A DNA stretch of 64,000 nucleotides from contig JANLTJ010000054.1 in the NCBI GenBank assembly GCA_031362885.1, forward strand, positions 2,939-66,938. Direction: 5' to 3'. Position numbers and translations under genes: made by a program. This document shows, piece by piece, positions 36,825-46,128 of the stretch. The DNA is from Betaproteobacteria bacterium (lineage in GTDB: Bacteria; Pseudomonadota; Gammaproteobacteria; Burkholderiales; JACQAP01). The notes below the pieces were generated by a model that saw only the letters and a program-made list of their open reading frames with translations, did not search any database and was not told where the DNA came from. Numbering within the stretch: the first letter of the stretch is position 1; each line of letters starts with the position of its first letter.

Positions 36825-37214
36825 ATGAAAATGCAAGCCAAGCAAAACGGTTTTACCCTGATCGAACTGGTGGTCGTGATCGTGATTCTCGGCATTCTTG
36901 CCGCCACCGCGCTGCCACGATTCGTCAACTTGTCCAATGAGGCCGGTGCCGCCGCTGCGCAAGGCGTTGCTGCCGCGTTATCGTCTGCTTCGAGCATCAA
37001 CTATGCGGCCCGTAAGGCCGGCAACGCCAGCGCAGTCGTGGTGGGGTCCTGTGCGACCGTGCCGCCCTTGTTGGTGGGAGGCGCCATGCCATCGGGCTTT
37101 ACGCTGGGCGCCGGCACTGCCTGCACGGCGGCCGATGGCGGCACCGCGACTTGCCCGGTGACCAATACCCAGTCGTCGCAAATCGCCAGCGCGACCATCA
37201 TTTGCGCTAACTGA
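36825..37214 (+). CDS. mshA: Major MSHA-type pilin
   Basis: 129 aa. Leader MKMQAKQNG followed by FTLIELVVVIVILGILAATALPRF. 4 Cys in the C-terminal half. Strong SD (AGGAGA) and an AT-rich upstream region. Confidence 0.8.
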   Translation: MKMQAKQNGFTLIELVVVIVILGILAATALPRFVNLSNEAGAAAAQGVAAALSSASSINYAARKAGNASAVVVGSCATVPPLLVGGAMPSGFTLGAGTACTAADGGTATCPVTNTQSSQIASATIICAN

Positions 37215-37285
37215 CCATTTCAGGCAGGTCGGGCGCCACGGTGCGGGACGAACGCTCTCACACCCGCCTGGCAATCGGCGCTGCA

Positions 37286-37795
37286 ATGGCCCAAGAAAGA
37301 GCGAGATCCCGTCTGAAAAGCCGGCGCAATTGCGCCGGCTTTACTCTGATCGAGCTGGTGGTCGTGATCATTATTTTGGCGATACTGGCGGTGGTCGCCT
37401 ATCCCAGACTCAATACCAGGACCTTCGATACGGTCGGATTTCACCAGGAAGCGCTGTCGGTCGTGCGCTATGCGCAGAAGGAAGCGATTGCCAAGCGACG
37501 AGTCGTGTGTGTGACGCTGGCTGCAAACTCGGTCACGGTCCGCGTCGCCAGCACCCCTGGCGTGTTTGTCTGCGATACCGATCTGATCAGCCCTCGCGGG
37601 GTCAGCCCGTTTACGGTTACGGCGGCGGCGGGAGTCAGCCTTGCCAGTGCGCCAGCAATAGCCGCTTTCTTGTTTGATCCGCTCGGCCGTCCGTTGAATG
37701 CGGCGAATTCCCCCAGCCCGCAGCGTACGATTACCATCACCGGTGATGGCACGCGAAGTATCGTCATCGAGGCCGAAACCGGCTATGTGCACTAG
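37286..37795 (+). CDS. Minor pilin, GspH/FimT-like (MshC-like)
   Basis: ..RRNCAG followed by FTLIELVVVIIILAILAVVAYPR, then a GspH-like ..ALSVVRYAQKEAIAKRRVVCVTL. The start is uncertain (37241 or 37286). Confidence 0.65.
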   Translation: MAQERARSRLKSRRNCAGFTLIELVVVIIILAILAVVAYPRLNTRTFDTVGFHQEALSVVRYAQKEAIAKRRVVCVTLAANSVTVRVASTPGVFVCDTDLISPRGVSPFTVTAAAGVSLASAPAIAAFLFDPLGRPLNAANSPSPQRTITITGDGTRSIVIEAETGYVH

Positions 37796-38381
37796 TGACT
37801 GCCCGGCAAACCGGGCGCGTGTTCGATCCATCACGCAGGCCGGATTGTCGCTGGTCGAACTCATCATGTTCATCGTCATCGTCAGTGTTGGCGTAGCCGG
37901 GATTCTGGCGGTATTTAACGTCACGACGCGGTCCAGCGCCGATCCTCAAATCCGCAAGCAAATGACGGCAATTGCGGAGTCGTTGCTGGAAGAAGTTAGT
38001 CTCAAGCCTTTCTCGTTCTGCGATCCGGACGATCCGAGCGCCGCTCTCCCGGCGACAACCAGTTCCGCGGGCTGTACCGGTGGCAGCAACGGCGCGAATG
38101 ACGAAAGCAGACTGCCGCTCGGACCCGAGGCCGGCGAAGCAGGGCGTGCGGATTTCGACAACGTAAGCGACTATAACGGCCTAAGCGTTTCGCCTTACTC
38201 GGATGTCAGCGGCACCAGCTTCCCTGGATACGCCGCAACGGTGGCTGTAGCCCAGCAACAACTCGAAACCACCATTCCTCTGGCTGATTCCTTGCGCATC
38301 ACGATCACGGTGGCCCAGGGAAATGAAGCGTTGTCGCTCAGTGCTTACCGGTTACGCTATGCGCCTCGATCGCTGCCATGA
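37785..38381 (+). CDS. Minor pilin (MshD-like)
   Basis: ..ITQAG followed by LSLVELIMFIVIVSVGVAGILAVF. Position after the mshC-like gene. ATG 37785. Confidence 0.6.
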   Translation: MCTSDCPANRARVRSITQAGLSLVELIMFIVIVSVGVAGILAVFNVTTRSSADPQIRKQMTAIAESLLEEVSLKPFSFCDPDDPSAALPATTSSAGCTGGSNGANDESRLPLGPEAGEAGRADFDNVSDYNGLSVSPYSDVSGTSFPGYAATVAVAQQQLETTIPLADSLRITITVAQGNEALSLSAYRLRYAPRSLP

Positions 38382-39205
38382 TCGGCCCGGCAAAATGCAA
38401 GCTCCGGACGGTCGCAAACTCGCACACCGTGCGCGGCTTTACCTTGACCGAGGCCGTCATGGTTATCGTTATTACCGGGATTCTGGCCAGTATGGCGGCG
38501 GTCTTCATCCGCCAGCCGGTTGAAGGATTCTTCGACACCGCCCGGCGTGCCGGTCTCGCGGACGCGGCGGACACGGCATTGCGCCGCATCGGACGCGATT
38601 TGCGGGCTGCGTTGCCCAATAGTGTGCGGATCAGCGGCGGCAATGCCCTGGAATTCCTGCACGTGCGTTCCGGCGGGCGTTACCGCGAACAAGGCCCCGG
38701 AGATGTACTCGACTTCACCGGCGCCGATACCACTTTCGAGGTTCTCGGACCAGCCGTAAGCGTCCAACCCGGAGATTCTGTGGTGGTCTATAACCTCGGC
38801 ATACCGGGCGCCACCGCGTATAGCGGCGCGAGCGCCAATACGGACGTCAGGCGGGTGGTTTCGGGAGCCGGTGGATTGCTCACGAACCTGGCAATCACCT
38901 CGGCAGCACGCTTTCCCTTTGCCTCGCCTGCCAGACGCTTTCAGGTGGTCGATACGCCGGTTAGTTACGTATGTGCCGGCGGTGTGTTGAGACGCTACTG
39001 GGGCTACACTATCGTCGCTACTCAGCCTGTGCCGCCGGTCGGGGCATCGAATGCCTTGATCGCAGACCGTCTTACGGGGTGCAATTTCACCTATGCATCG
39101 GGAACGACCCAGGCCCAGGCACTGGTCACGCTGAGTCTGGCGCTGACCGACGGTGGCGAAACGATCAATCTTCTTTACCAGGTTCACGTCAACAATGTGC
39201 CGTGA
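38378..39205 (+). CDS. Minor pilin-like protein (MshO-like)
   Basis: ..HTVRG followed by FTLTEAVMVIVITGILASMAAVFI. 275 aa. ATGA overlap with the previous gene. Confidence 0.6.
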   Translation: MIGPAKCKLRTVANSHTVRGFTLTEAVMVIVITGILASMAAVFIRQPVEGFFDTARRAGLADAADTALRRIGRDLRAALPNSVRISGGNALEFLHVRSGGRYREQGPGDVLDFTGADTTFEVLGPAVSVQPGDSVVVYNLGIPGATAYSGASANTDVRRVVSGAGGLLTNLAITSAARFPFASPARRFQVVDTPVSYVCAGGVLRRYWGYTIVATQPVPPVGASNALIADRLTGCNFTYASGTTQAQALVTLSLALTDGGETINLLYQVHVNNVP

Positions 39206-39653
39206 CCACCAGACCGGTATCGCCCTGGTCAGCGCCATATTCCTGATCGTTGTGCTGGCCGGGTTGGGCGCGATTGTACTCACGGTGTCGGGGTTGCAAC
39301 ACACCTCGTCGGCGCGCGATGTCATGGGCACGAAGGCCTACCAGGCCGCGCGCGCGGGCATCGAGTGGGGTGCATACCGGGTGTTGCGTCAGGCCGCAGC
39401 GCCGGGGGCGGGCGACTGTCCGGCCCTTTCTACATCGATTCCGTTGCCCGCCGGATCGGATCTGACGGGTTTGACGGTGACGGTTCAATGCGCGCGAACA
39501 AACGCCGACGAAGGCAGCCGGACAACAGCTTTATTGACGGCGTTGGAGTTCTATCTCATCACCGCCACGGCTTGTAACCAGGCGCCGTGCCCGAACGCGA
39601 CTCCCGGCCCGGGATATGTGGAACGGCAGTTGCAGGCGACGCTTGCCCGATAA
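39195..39653 (+). CDS. PilX/MshP-like pilus protein (prepilin-like N-terminus lacking Glu5)
   Basis: MCRDHQTG followed by IALVSAIFLIVVLAGLGAIVL.. 152 aa from ATG 39195. Confidence 0.55.
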   Translation: MCRDHQTGIALVSAIFLIVVLAGLGAIVLTVSGLQHTSSARDVMGTKAYQAARAGIEWGAYRVLRQAAAPGAGDCPALSTSIPLPAGSDLTGLTVTVQCARTNADEGSRTTALLTALEFYLITATACNQAPCPNATPGPGYVERQLQATLAR

Positions 39654-39662
39654 CGAGAAATC

Positions 39663-42600
39663 ATGGCCACTACGATTCAGGTGAATGACGCAGCAATGAA
39701 CGGGTTGCAAAAAACTGTGCTGGCTGCGCTGCTGATCGTAAGCGCAAGCATGGCCGCAACGGCGCACGCGCAGATCGCCTTTCGCGCCGCCTCCTCCGGA
39801 GCGCTTGCGGCGGCAACGATCACCCTTCGCGGCGCAGGTGCCGCGGCGGAAGTGAACCCCGCGGCGACCGGAGCCTGCGCCGGTACGCAGTTCATCACCC
39901 CCGCCATTCCCGCTGGTAGCAACGGCGACTTGCTGGTCGCCGTAGTGCACAACCGGGACGGCGCCACGCTGACGCCCTCCGGCGCCGCCTGGAACACCCT
40001 GCACAGCGACGACCAGGCGAATCACCGCACGCGAGTGTACTGGCGGCTGGCCACTGGGGCGGACACGCTTACCGTAACCAAAACCGGCACCTGTACGGTC
40101 AATGGCGTGATGATCGGACAGGTCGCGCGCTACAACGGGGTGGATATCACCCAGCCGTTTGAGTCAACTGTGAGGTTCGGATTTCAGAATACTGCCGCAG
40201 TGGTGAACCATGCAGGCGGTACCACCAACGCCACGGTCGCAAACTCGCTGTCGCTGTTTGCGGCCTTGGTTTCCGACGACAACACCGTCAATGCGCCGAC
40301 GCCAGCGACGTTCACTGCGGCATTCAACTCGCAGACCAGCACGGGCACCGATGCGACTATCGCGCTATTCCACAAGCTGGAGACGACCTCCGGCAACAAG
40401 GGCCCTTACGCGGCCACGATGAGCGCCACCGATCCCAGCACCGGGTTGTTCGCCATTGTGCGCCCGGCCCTCGGACTTGCCATGCCCGTGCCCGCCGGCA
40501 CCGTCGTCGGGGACGTGATGATCGCGAGCATCGCGGTGCGCCCTTGCAGCAATGCCGGGCTGCCTTGCACGGTGAGCGCCACGGCGCACGCGGACTGGAC
40601 GCTGGTCAGTTCGCAGCTGCAACCTGCCGGCGGTGGAACGGGCGGTAACGGAAATCAGTTATTTGTCTACCGGCGTGTGGTTACCGGCACAGAGCCGGCC
40701 GCCTATACCTGGACCTTCGGCGGCACCCCAGTTGTGGCGGGAGCCTCCGGCGGCGTTCTGAGCTTCTCCGGCGTGGATACCGCGAGTCCGATCGTGGCTC
40801 AGGCCGGCGCCCTGACGGTATCTGCCAGCAGCCATACGGCGCCGCAGATCGATACCGGCGCAGTCGCCAATACCATGCTTGTGAGTACCCACGCATCCAA
40901 TTCCTCGACCACCTGGACAGTTCCGGGGGGGATGATCGAGCGCGTTGACACCTCTTCGGTCGTCGCGCCCGACGATCTCGGAATCGCCGTCGAAATCAAC
41001 ACGGAGCTACGGGCCGCGGCGGGTCTGACCGGGACGCGCACGGCTGTTTATACAACGCCTGGCACCCCGGCGAACGATACGGGTGCCACTCACATGCTGG
41101 CGCTTCGCCCGGGCACCCCCGTGCACCACTACGCCATCGGTGTGTTGAGCACTTCGGTGGCCAACTGCGATCTTGCCGAAGTGACGATCACCGCGCACAA
41201 CGCTGCGCATGCCGCGGTAAATCCGCCCGCCGGCCGTATCGTCACGCTCTCGGTGTCATCTGGTGCAGCGACCGCCGTCTGGCAGCCGACACCGGTGTCG
41301 GGTACCGGCGGATGGACGCCGGCTGCTGGGACCGCAACTTATGTGTGGCCGGGCAGCGAATCCACATTCACGGTGCGGCTGCGCCAGAGTGCGGTGATCA
41401 GCCTCACAGTGAACACCAATGACACCTTTGTCACCGAGGCCGTGGCCGAGGATCCGACGATCAATTTCGTCAACTCGGCGTTCCGCATTTCAAACGGTGC
41501 GAATGCTGCCCTGTCTGTCGGCACGCAGATTGCCAGCAAGCCCTCGAACACCGGGGTGGGCGCGCAATCGCTGTTCCTGCAGGCGATCCGTACCGACACC
41601 GTGACCGGCGCCTGCACGAGCTTGTTCCCGAACGGCGCGGAGGTCGATATTACGGTCGGCGCGCAGTGCAATAATCCAGCCGCTTGCACGCAGAACGTAA
41701 CGCTCACGACGACTTCGATTACAGGTTCACCGACCGGCAGCTTCGTGCCGGCAGGTGCGGGGATTTATCCGTCGACAATCCGCTTTCGTTTCGACACTGC
41801 GAATGCGGAAGCGCCGTTCTTCTTCACATACGCAGACGCCGGTCTGACCACATTGCAGTTTCGCCATATCACTTCGGTGCCTGCGGTTACGATCGCCGGT
41901 ACGAGCAACGCATTCGTGACGCGACCCTTCGGATTCGCGTTTCGCGGAGCGAACGCGGCTACCCCCGTCCAGCACGGCACACTACCATCGAGCGCCCTGC
42001 TCGCGGCGGCAGGCGACAACTTCACCATGACGCTCGCGGCCTACCGGTGGGCCGCCGTGGAGGACGACGGCACCGGCAACCCCCTTCCAGGCGCGAACAT
42101 TGCCGATAACGGACTGACGCCCAATTTCGCGTCGACAACCACCGTCGACGTGAGCCCGACTGGTGGCAACCTGCCGGGGGTTGTGCCGGGCGTGGTGTCG
42201 CGCGGCCCGACCTGCGTGAGTGCAGCAAACATTGCTGCGGGAAGTTTCGCTGGCGGATCAGCGACCGTTAACGACTGGTGCTACAGCGAAGCTGGCAACG
42301 CATTTCTCAGGGCGACTTCCAACGATTACATTTCGGCAGGCGTCAATATCACCGGCAACAGTGGCTTGGACGGAACCGGAGTTGCGGGCGGCTACATCGG
42401 CCGCTTCCGGCCCAAGAGTTTTGCCTTGAGCGGCGTACAGACGCGCACCAATCGCGTGGCAGCGGCGTGCACACCCGTATCGACCTTTACCTACATGGAC
42501 GAGGGTTTGGGATTGGCCTTCAGTCTGGAAGCACGCAACACTCAGGGAGCGATCACGCAAAACTACAACGGTGTCTATGCCAAGCTGGGCATTGGCACGT

Positions 42601-43355
42601 TCACAAACTTCAGCTTCGGAGCCAGAAGCGGATCAACCGACCTGATAGCACGCGTCGATTCCACCGTGAACCCGACCGGCGGCTGGTTGAACGGCGTTGC
42701 CGCCGTCACGGCCACGACCGGCATCCGGCGCGCGGCCAGCCCGGATGGCCCTTATCCGGCGGTGCAATTTGGCATTGCACCGGTCGATTCGGATGGCGTC
42801 GCGATGAACATCCTGAATTTCGATGCAGATGGCAACAGCGTCAATGAACGGGCCAATCTCAATGTGACGACCGAGGTACGCTTCGGGAGGCTGTTCTTGG
42901 GCAATGCCTTTGGCAGCGCCTTGCTGGATCTGCCTATTCCAATAAGGACCGAATACTTTAGCAGCGGTTTTTTCGCGACCAATACGCTCGACGGCTGCAC
43001 AACCGTCCCGGCAAGCGCAATCACCTTCACCTTTACCGGCACAAACCTCGTGGCCTGCGAAACGCAGTCCAATCCATCCGGGGTCATTTCTTTCGCATCG
43101 GGCCAGGGCTCCCTCCGGCTCGCCAGACCCGGTGCCGGCAACGACGGCTCCGTTGATCTCAGAGTGAATCTGGGCGCTACCCCTGCCGATAACACATGCA
43201 CCAGCGCGGTGTCAACGCTGGCCACCACGGCAAATTTGCCGTGGCTTCAGGGCAACTGGGGCAGTGGAGGCTACGCCGACAATCCCGGGGCACGAGCCAC
43301 GTTTGGCCTATTCAAGAATGCGGATGAGTTCATTTATCTGCGTGAAAACTACTGA
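39663..43355 (+). CDS. mshQ: MshQ-like giant secreted pilus-associated protein (putative adhesin)
   Basis: 1230 aa with a signal peptide (..ASMAATAHA-Q). Ala/Thr/Gly/Asn-rich and beta-rich composition with internal repeated modules. The position after the mshP-like gene matches MshQ of MSHA loci. Confidence 0.65.
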   Translation: MATTIQVNDAAMNGLQKTVLAALLIVSASMAATAHAQIAFRAASSGALAAATITLRGAGAAAEVNPAATGACAGTQFITPAIPAGSNGDLLVAVVHNRDGATLTPSGAAWNTLHSDDQANHRTRVYWRLATGADTLTVTKTGTCTVNGVMIGQVARYNGVDITQPFESTVRFGFQNTAAVVNHAGGTTNATVANSLSLFAALVSDDNTVNAPTPATFTAAFNSQTSTGTDATIALFHKLETTSGNKGPYAATMSATDPSTGLFAIVRPALGLAMPVPAGTVVGDVMIASIAVRPCSNAGLPCTVSATAHADWTLVSSQLQPAGGGTGGNGNQLFVYRRVVTGTEPAAYTWTFGGTPVVAGASGGVLSFSGVDTASPIVAQAGALTVSASSHTAPQIDTGAVANTMLVSTHASNSSTTWTVPGGMIERVDTSSVVAPDDLGIAVEINTELRAAAGLTGTRTAVYTTPGTPANDTGATHMLALRPGTPVHHYAIGVLSTSVANCDLAEVTITAHNAAHAAVNPPAGRIVTLSVSSGAATAVWQPTPVSGTGGWTPAAGTATYVWPGSESTFTVRLRQSAVISLTVNTNDTFVTEAVAEDPTINFVNSAFRISNGANAALSVGTQIASKPSNTGVGAQSLFLQAIRTDTVTGACTSLFPNGAEVDITVGAQCNNPAACTQNVTLTTTSITGSPTGSFVPAGAGIYPSTIRFRFDTANAEAPFFFTYADAGLTTLQFRHITSVPAVTIAGTSNAFVTRPFGFAFRGANAATPVQHGTLPSSALLAAAGDNFTMTLAAYRWAAVEDDGTGNPLPGANIADNGLTPNFASTTTVDVSPTGGNLPGVVPGVVSRGPTCVSAANIAAGSFAGGSATVNDWCYSEAGNAFLRATSNDYISAGVNITGNSGLDGTGVAGGYIGRFRPKSFALSGVQTRTNRVAAACTPVSTFTYMDEGLGLAFSLEARNTQGAITQNYNGVYAKLGIGTFTNFSFGARSGSTDLIARVDSTVNPTGGWLNGVAAVTATTGIRRAASPDGPYPAVQFGIAPVDSDGVAMNILNFDADGNSVNERANLNVTTEVRFGRLFLGNAFGSALLDLPIPIRTEYFSSGFFATNTLDGCTTVPASAITFTFTGTNLVACETQSNPSGVISFASGQGSLRLARPGAGNDGSVDLRVNLGATPADNTCTSAVSTLATTANLPWLQGNWGSGGYADNPGARATFGLFKNADEFIYLRENY

Positions 43356-43402
43356 CCTGTCTGGCGTCAGAAATCTTATTGACGACAATGGGTTATTGAT
43401 AT

Positions 43403-44374
43403 ATGTTCGTGCACAAACTTAAGATGATCTCACTTCGCACATGGTTTGCCGCAAAAAAAGAGGCCACGGATTTCGCGGCGGTGAACCTCTATGGCGACCG
43501 CATTGAGGTGGCACGTGTTCGCCGCGATATGGGCGCGCGACCCGTTGTGGAGGTCTGCGCACAAGTCGAATCGAGCGGTGATCAGGCGGATGCTTTGCAA
43601 CGGCTGCGGCGTGAATGCCATCTTGAGCGTTACCGCTGCTCAACCACGCTCAATGGCGGCCAGTATCAGATGCAGATGGTCGATGCCCCCAATGTTCCAG
43701 AAGCGGAAATGAAGTCGGCGGTGCGCTGGAAGTTAAAGGAGTTTCTGGACTATCCGCTTGAGTCGGCCACGGTCGATGTGGTTCAGGTTCCGGCCGATGC
43801 CGGGCCGCCGACCCGGGGCCGGTCGGTCTATGCGGTTGCGGCGCGCAACGCGGACGTCGAGTCGCGCATGAAACTTTTTACCGAGGCGAAAATTCCGTTG
43901 CGGGTCATCGAGATTCCGGAAATGGCCCAGCGCAATATCGCCGCTCTGATGGAGACCGATCATCGCGCGCTGGCGCTGCTGAGTTTTGGCGAAGACGGCG
44001 GCTTGCTGACGTTCAGCGCGCGCGGCGAACTCTATCTCGCGCGCAGAATTGACGTTGGCCGCGAGCAACTGACCCGCCCCGCCGCCGATGCCCGCAAACA
44101 ATTGTTTGAGCGCATCGCACTGGAATTGCAGCGCTCGCTTGACCACTTCGACCGGCAGTACAGCAATCTTCCGGTGGCGCGGTTGCTGATCGGGCCATTG
44201 CCTGAAGATATCGGCCTGCGCCAATTCCTCGCGGACAATCTTTCCGTGCAGGTCGATTCGGTCAATCTGGGCGAGGTCCTGGATTTTCACAAAGTTCCGC
44301 AACTGCGTGAACCCGCCGAGCAAATGCAGCGATGGCAGACGCTGGGCGCAGCGTTGCGCAGCGAACTGCCGTAA
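43403..44374 (+). CDS. mshI: PilM-like pilus assembly protein (MshI, N-terminal part)
   Basis: 323 aa, cytoplasmic and actin-like. It precedes PilN/PilO-like genes. The assignment is from context plus weak motif recall. Confidence 0.65.
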   Translation: MFVHKLKMISLRTWFAAKKEATDFAAVNLYGDRIEVARVRRDMGARPVVEVCAQVESSGDQADALQRLRRECHLERYRCSTTLNGGQYQMQMVDAPNVPEAEMKSAVRWKLKEFLDYPLESATVDVVQVPADAGPPTRGRSVYAVAARNADVESRMKLFTEAKIPLRVIEIPEMAQRNIAALMETDHRALALLSFGEDGGLLTFSARGELYLARRIDVGREQLTRPAADARKQLFERIALELQRSLDHFDRQYSNLPVARLLIGPLPEDIGLRQFLADNLSVQVDSVNLGEVLDFHKVPQLREPAEQMQRWQTLGAALRSELP

Positions 44375-44390
44375 TCGCCAGGGATAGCGT

Positions 44391-45038
44391 GTGCCGCAAC
44401 AGATAAATCTTATCAACCCGGCCCTGTTGCACCAGCGTGATCGGCTGTCTCTGAAGACGGCCCTGATCGGGTGGTTGGCGGTGGCGCTGATGACGGGCGC
44501 CATGGCCGGCTATTCCAGTGTGCGCAATCATCAATTGGTAAAGGAATTGAGCGCGGTGACAGCCGCTGTGACGCAGGCGCAGGTGCAGATGCAGCAGCTG
44601 GCAGGGCAGGTTTCGAGTCAAAAGATGGATCCCGGTATCGCCACCGAAATTGCGCGCCTGCAGTCCGACGTTGCCGGACGCGATGCGGCGATCGCGGTGC
44701 TCAAAAGCGGCTCGCTTGGCGACACCAGAGGTTTCTCGGAACACTTGAGCGCGTTTTCCCGCCAGTCTTTCGAGGGTGTGTGGCTGACCGGACTGCAAAT
44801 TGCTGCGAGCGGTCAGGATATTGCGCTGGAGGGGCGGGCATTGAGCGCGGAGCACGTGCCGGATTATCTGCGGCGGCTCAATACCGAAAGCGCAATGCAG
44901 GGACATCCATTCTCCGAACTGATGATGCAGGTTCCGGCAGTCGATGCAAAGGACAAGAGCGGCGCACAAGCGCCGTATATCGAGTTCAGACTGGCAACCA
45001 GGACCGAGGCCGCGACCGTGAAAGCGGCGGACCAATGA
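44391..45038 (+). CDS. PilN-like fimbrial assembly protein (MshI C-terminal-part equivalent)
   Basis: 215 aa with a GTG start. MPQQINLINPALL.. followed by one TM and a coiled coil, the typical PilN layout. Confidence 0.6.
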   Translation: MPQQINLINPALLHQRDRLSLKTALIGWLAVALMTGAMAGYSSVRNHQLVKELSAVTAAVTQAQVQMQQLAGQVSSQKMDPGIATEIARLQSDVAGRDAAIAVLKSGSLGDTRGFSEHLSAFSRQSFEGVWLTGLQIAASGQDIALEGRALSAEHVPDYLRRLNTESAMQGHPFSELMMQVPAVDAKDKSGAQAPYIEFRLATRTEAATVKAADQ

Positions 45039-45700
45039 ACCAAACCTGGCTCAAGGCCGTGACCCGATTCGACGCGCTCAAGCCGCGCGAGCGAGTGATG
45101 GTTTGGGCGGCCGGCGCTGTTGTGATCGTCTGGATTGGATTTAACGTTTTCATCGACCAGGGGCTCACCCGCCACAAGCGACTGAGCACGGATCTGCTCG
45201 GCCAGAAGACAGCGCTTGCGCAATTGCAGCTTCAGACCAGCGAGTTGATGCGCGCTGCCGGACAGGACCCGAACGCGGCCGGCCGCGCACACATCGAGGC
45301 GCTGACGGCCAAACGCGCACAATTCGATGCCGACCTGCGCGGCATTCAGGACGGACTGGTGCCTCCCGATCGCATGGCCAGGGTTCTGGAACAGATGCTA
45401 AGCCGGCATGCGGGTGTGCGTTTGCTTAAGTTGCGCACGCTCCCGGTCTCCGCGCTCGCGCAACCCGCCGGCAGCGCTGGCGGCAATCCGGCGACGAAGA
45501 ATCCGGTGTACAAACACGGCATTGAGGTGACCGTGGAAGGTGGTTTTCTCGATTTGCTGCGCTATCAGACGCGGCTGGAGAAATTGCCCTGGCGCATGTT
45601 TTTCGCGCGGGCCAGTGTGAATGCCATCGACTATCCGCGCGTGACCATGACCGTCACCTTGTACACCCTCAGCCTGGAGGAAGCATGGCTGGTGGTCTGA
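45035..45700 (+). CDS. PilO-like protein (MshJ-like)
   Basis: 221 aa from ATG 45035 (ATGA overlap) with one TM plus a coiled coil. Only this part of track ORF 44471-45700 is judged coding. Confidence 0.6.
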   Translation: MNQTWLKAVTRFDALKPRERVMVWAAGAVVIVWIGFNVFIDQGLTRHKRLSTDLLGQKTALAQLQLQTSELMRAAGQDPNAAGRAHIEALTAKRAQFDADLRGIQDGLVPPDRMARVLEQMLSRHAGVRLLKLRTLPVSALAQPAGSAGGNPATKNPVYKHGIEVTVEGGFLDLLRYQTRLEKLPWRMFFARASVNAIDYPRVTMTVTLYTLSLEEAWLVV

Positions 45701-46128
45701 TGCACCTCGTGCCCTTGCTGGCGGCTTTGGCCGGCGTTGGCGCGCAACCGCTCTCGGCCGCGCAGGATCTGCGCGATCCGACCCGCCCACCGGCGATCGC
45801 GCGCACGGCGGGCGCTGCGGGAAGCATTGAGCGCTCGGGCTGGAATTTGCAGTCTGTGTTGATTTCGCCCGAACGCCGGTATGCGATCATCAATGGCACG
45901 GTGGTTCAATTGGGCGGTGCAATCTCGGGAGCTGAGCTGGTCGCGGTTGCCGAGGCAAGCGTGACGCTGCGTACGCGCGAGGGCTTGCGCGTTGTCCATC
46001 TGTTTCCCCGAGTGAGCAAGTTGGATGCATTCCGGGCAGTTGCGGCTCCGGAGAACGTCACGTCGTCCGTCGGACGCATATCCAAAACTCCGCGAGCCGC
46101 GGCTGTCAGTATCGAAGAATCAAAATGA
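45685..46128 (+). CDS. MshK-like periplasmic protein
   Basis: 147 aa with a signal peptide. LRDPTRPP motif and ..AIINGTVVQLGGAISGAELVAV.. as in MshK/PilP-like proteins. Confidence 0.6.
   Translation: MAGGLMHLVPLLAALAGVGAQPLSAAQDLRDPTRPPAIARTAGAAGSIERSGWNLQSVLISPERRYAIINGTVVQLGGAISGAELVAVAEASVTLRTREGLRVVHLFPRVSKLDAFRAVAAPENVTSSVGRISKTPRAAAVSIEESK

Noticed and set aside
44471-45034. N-terminal 188 codons of track ORF 44471-45700
   Set aside because: It overlaps the PilN-like gene in another frame. A plausible MshJ/PilO-like protein starts at ATG 45035 with an ATGA coupling.
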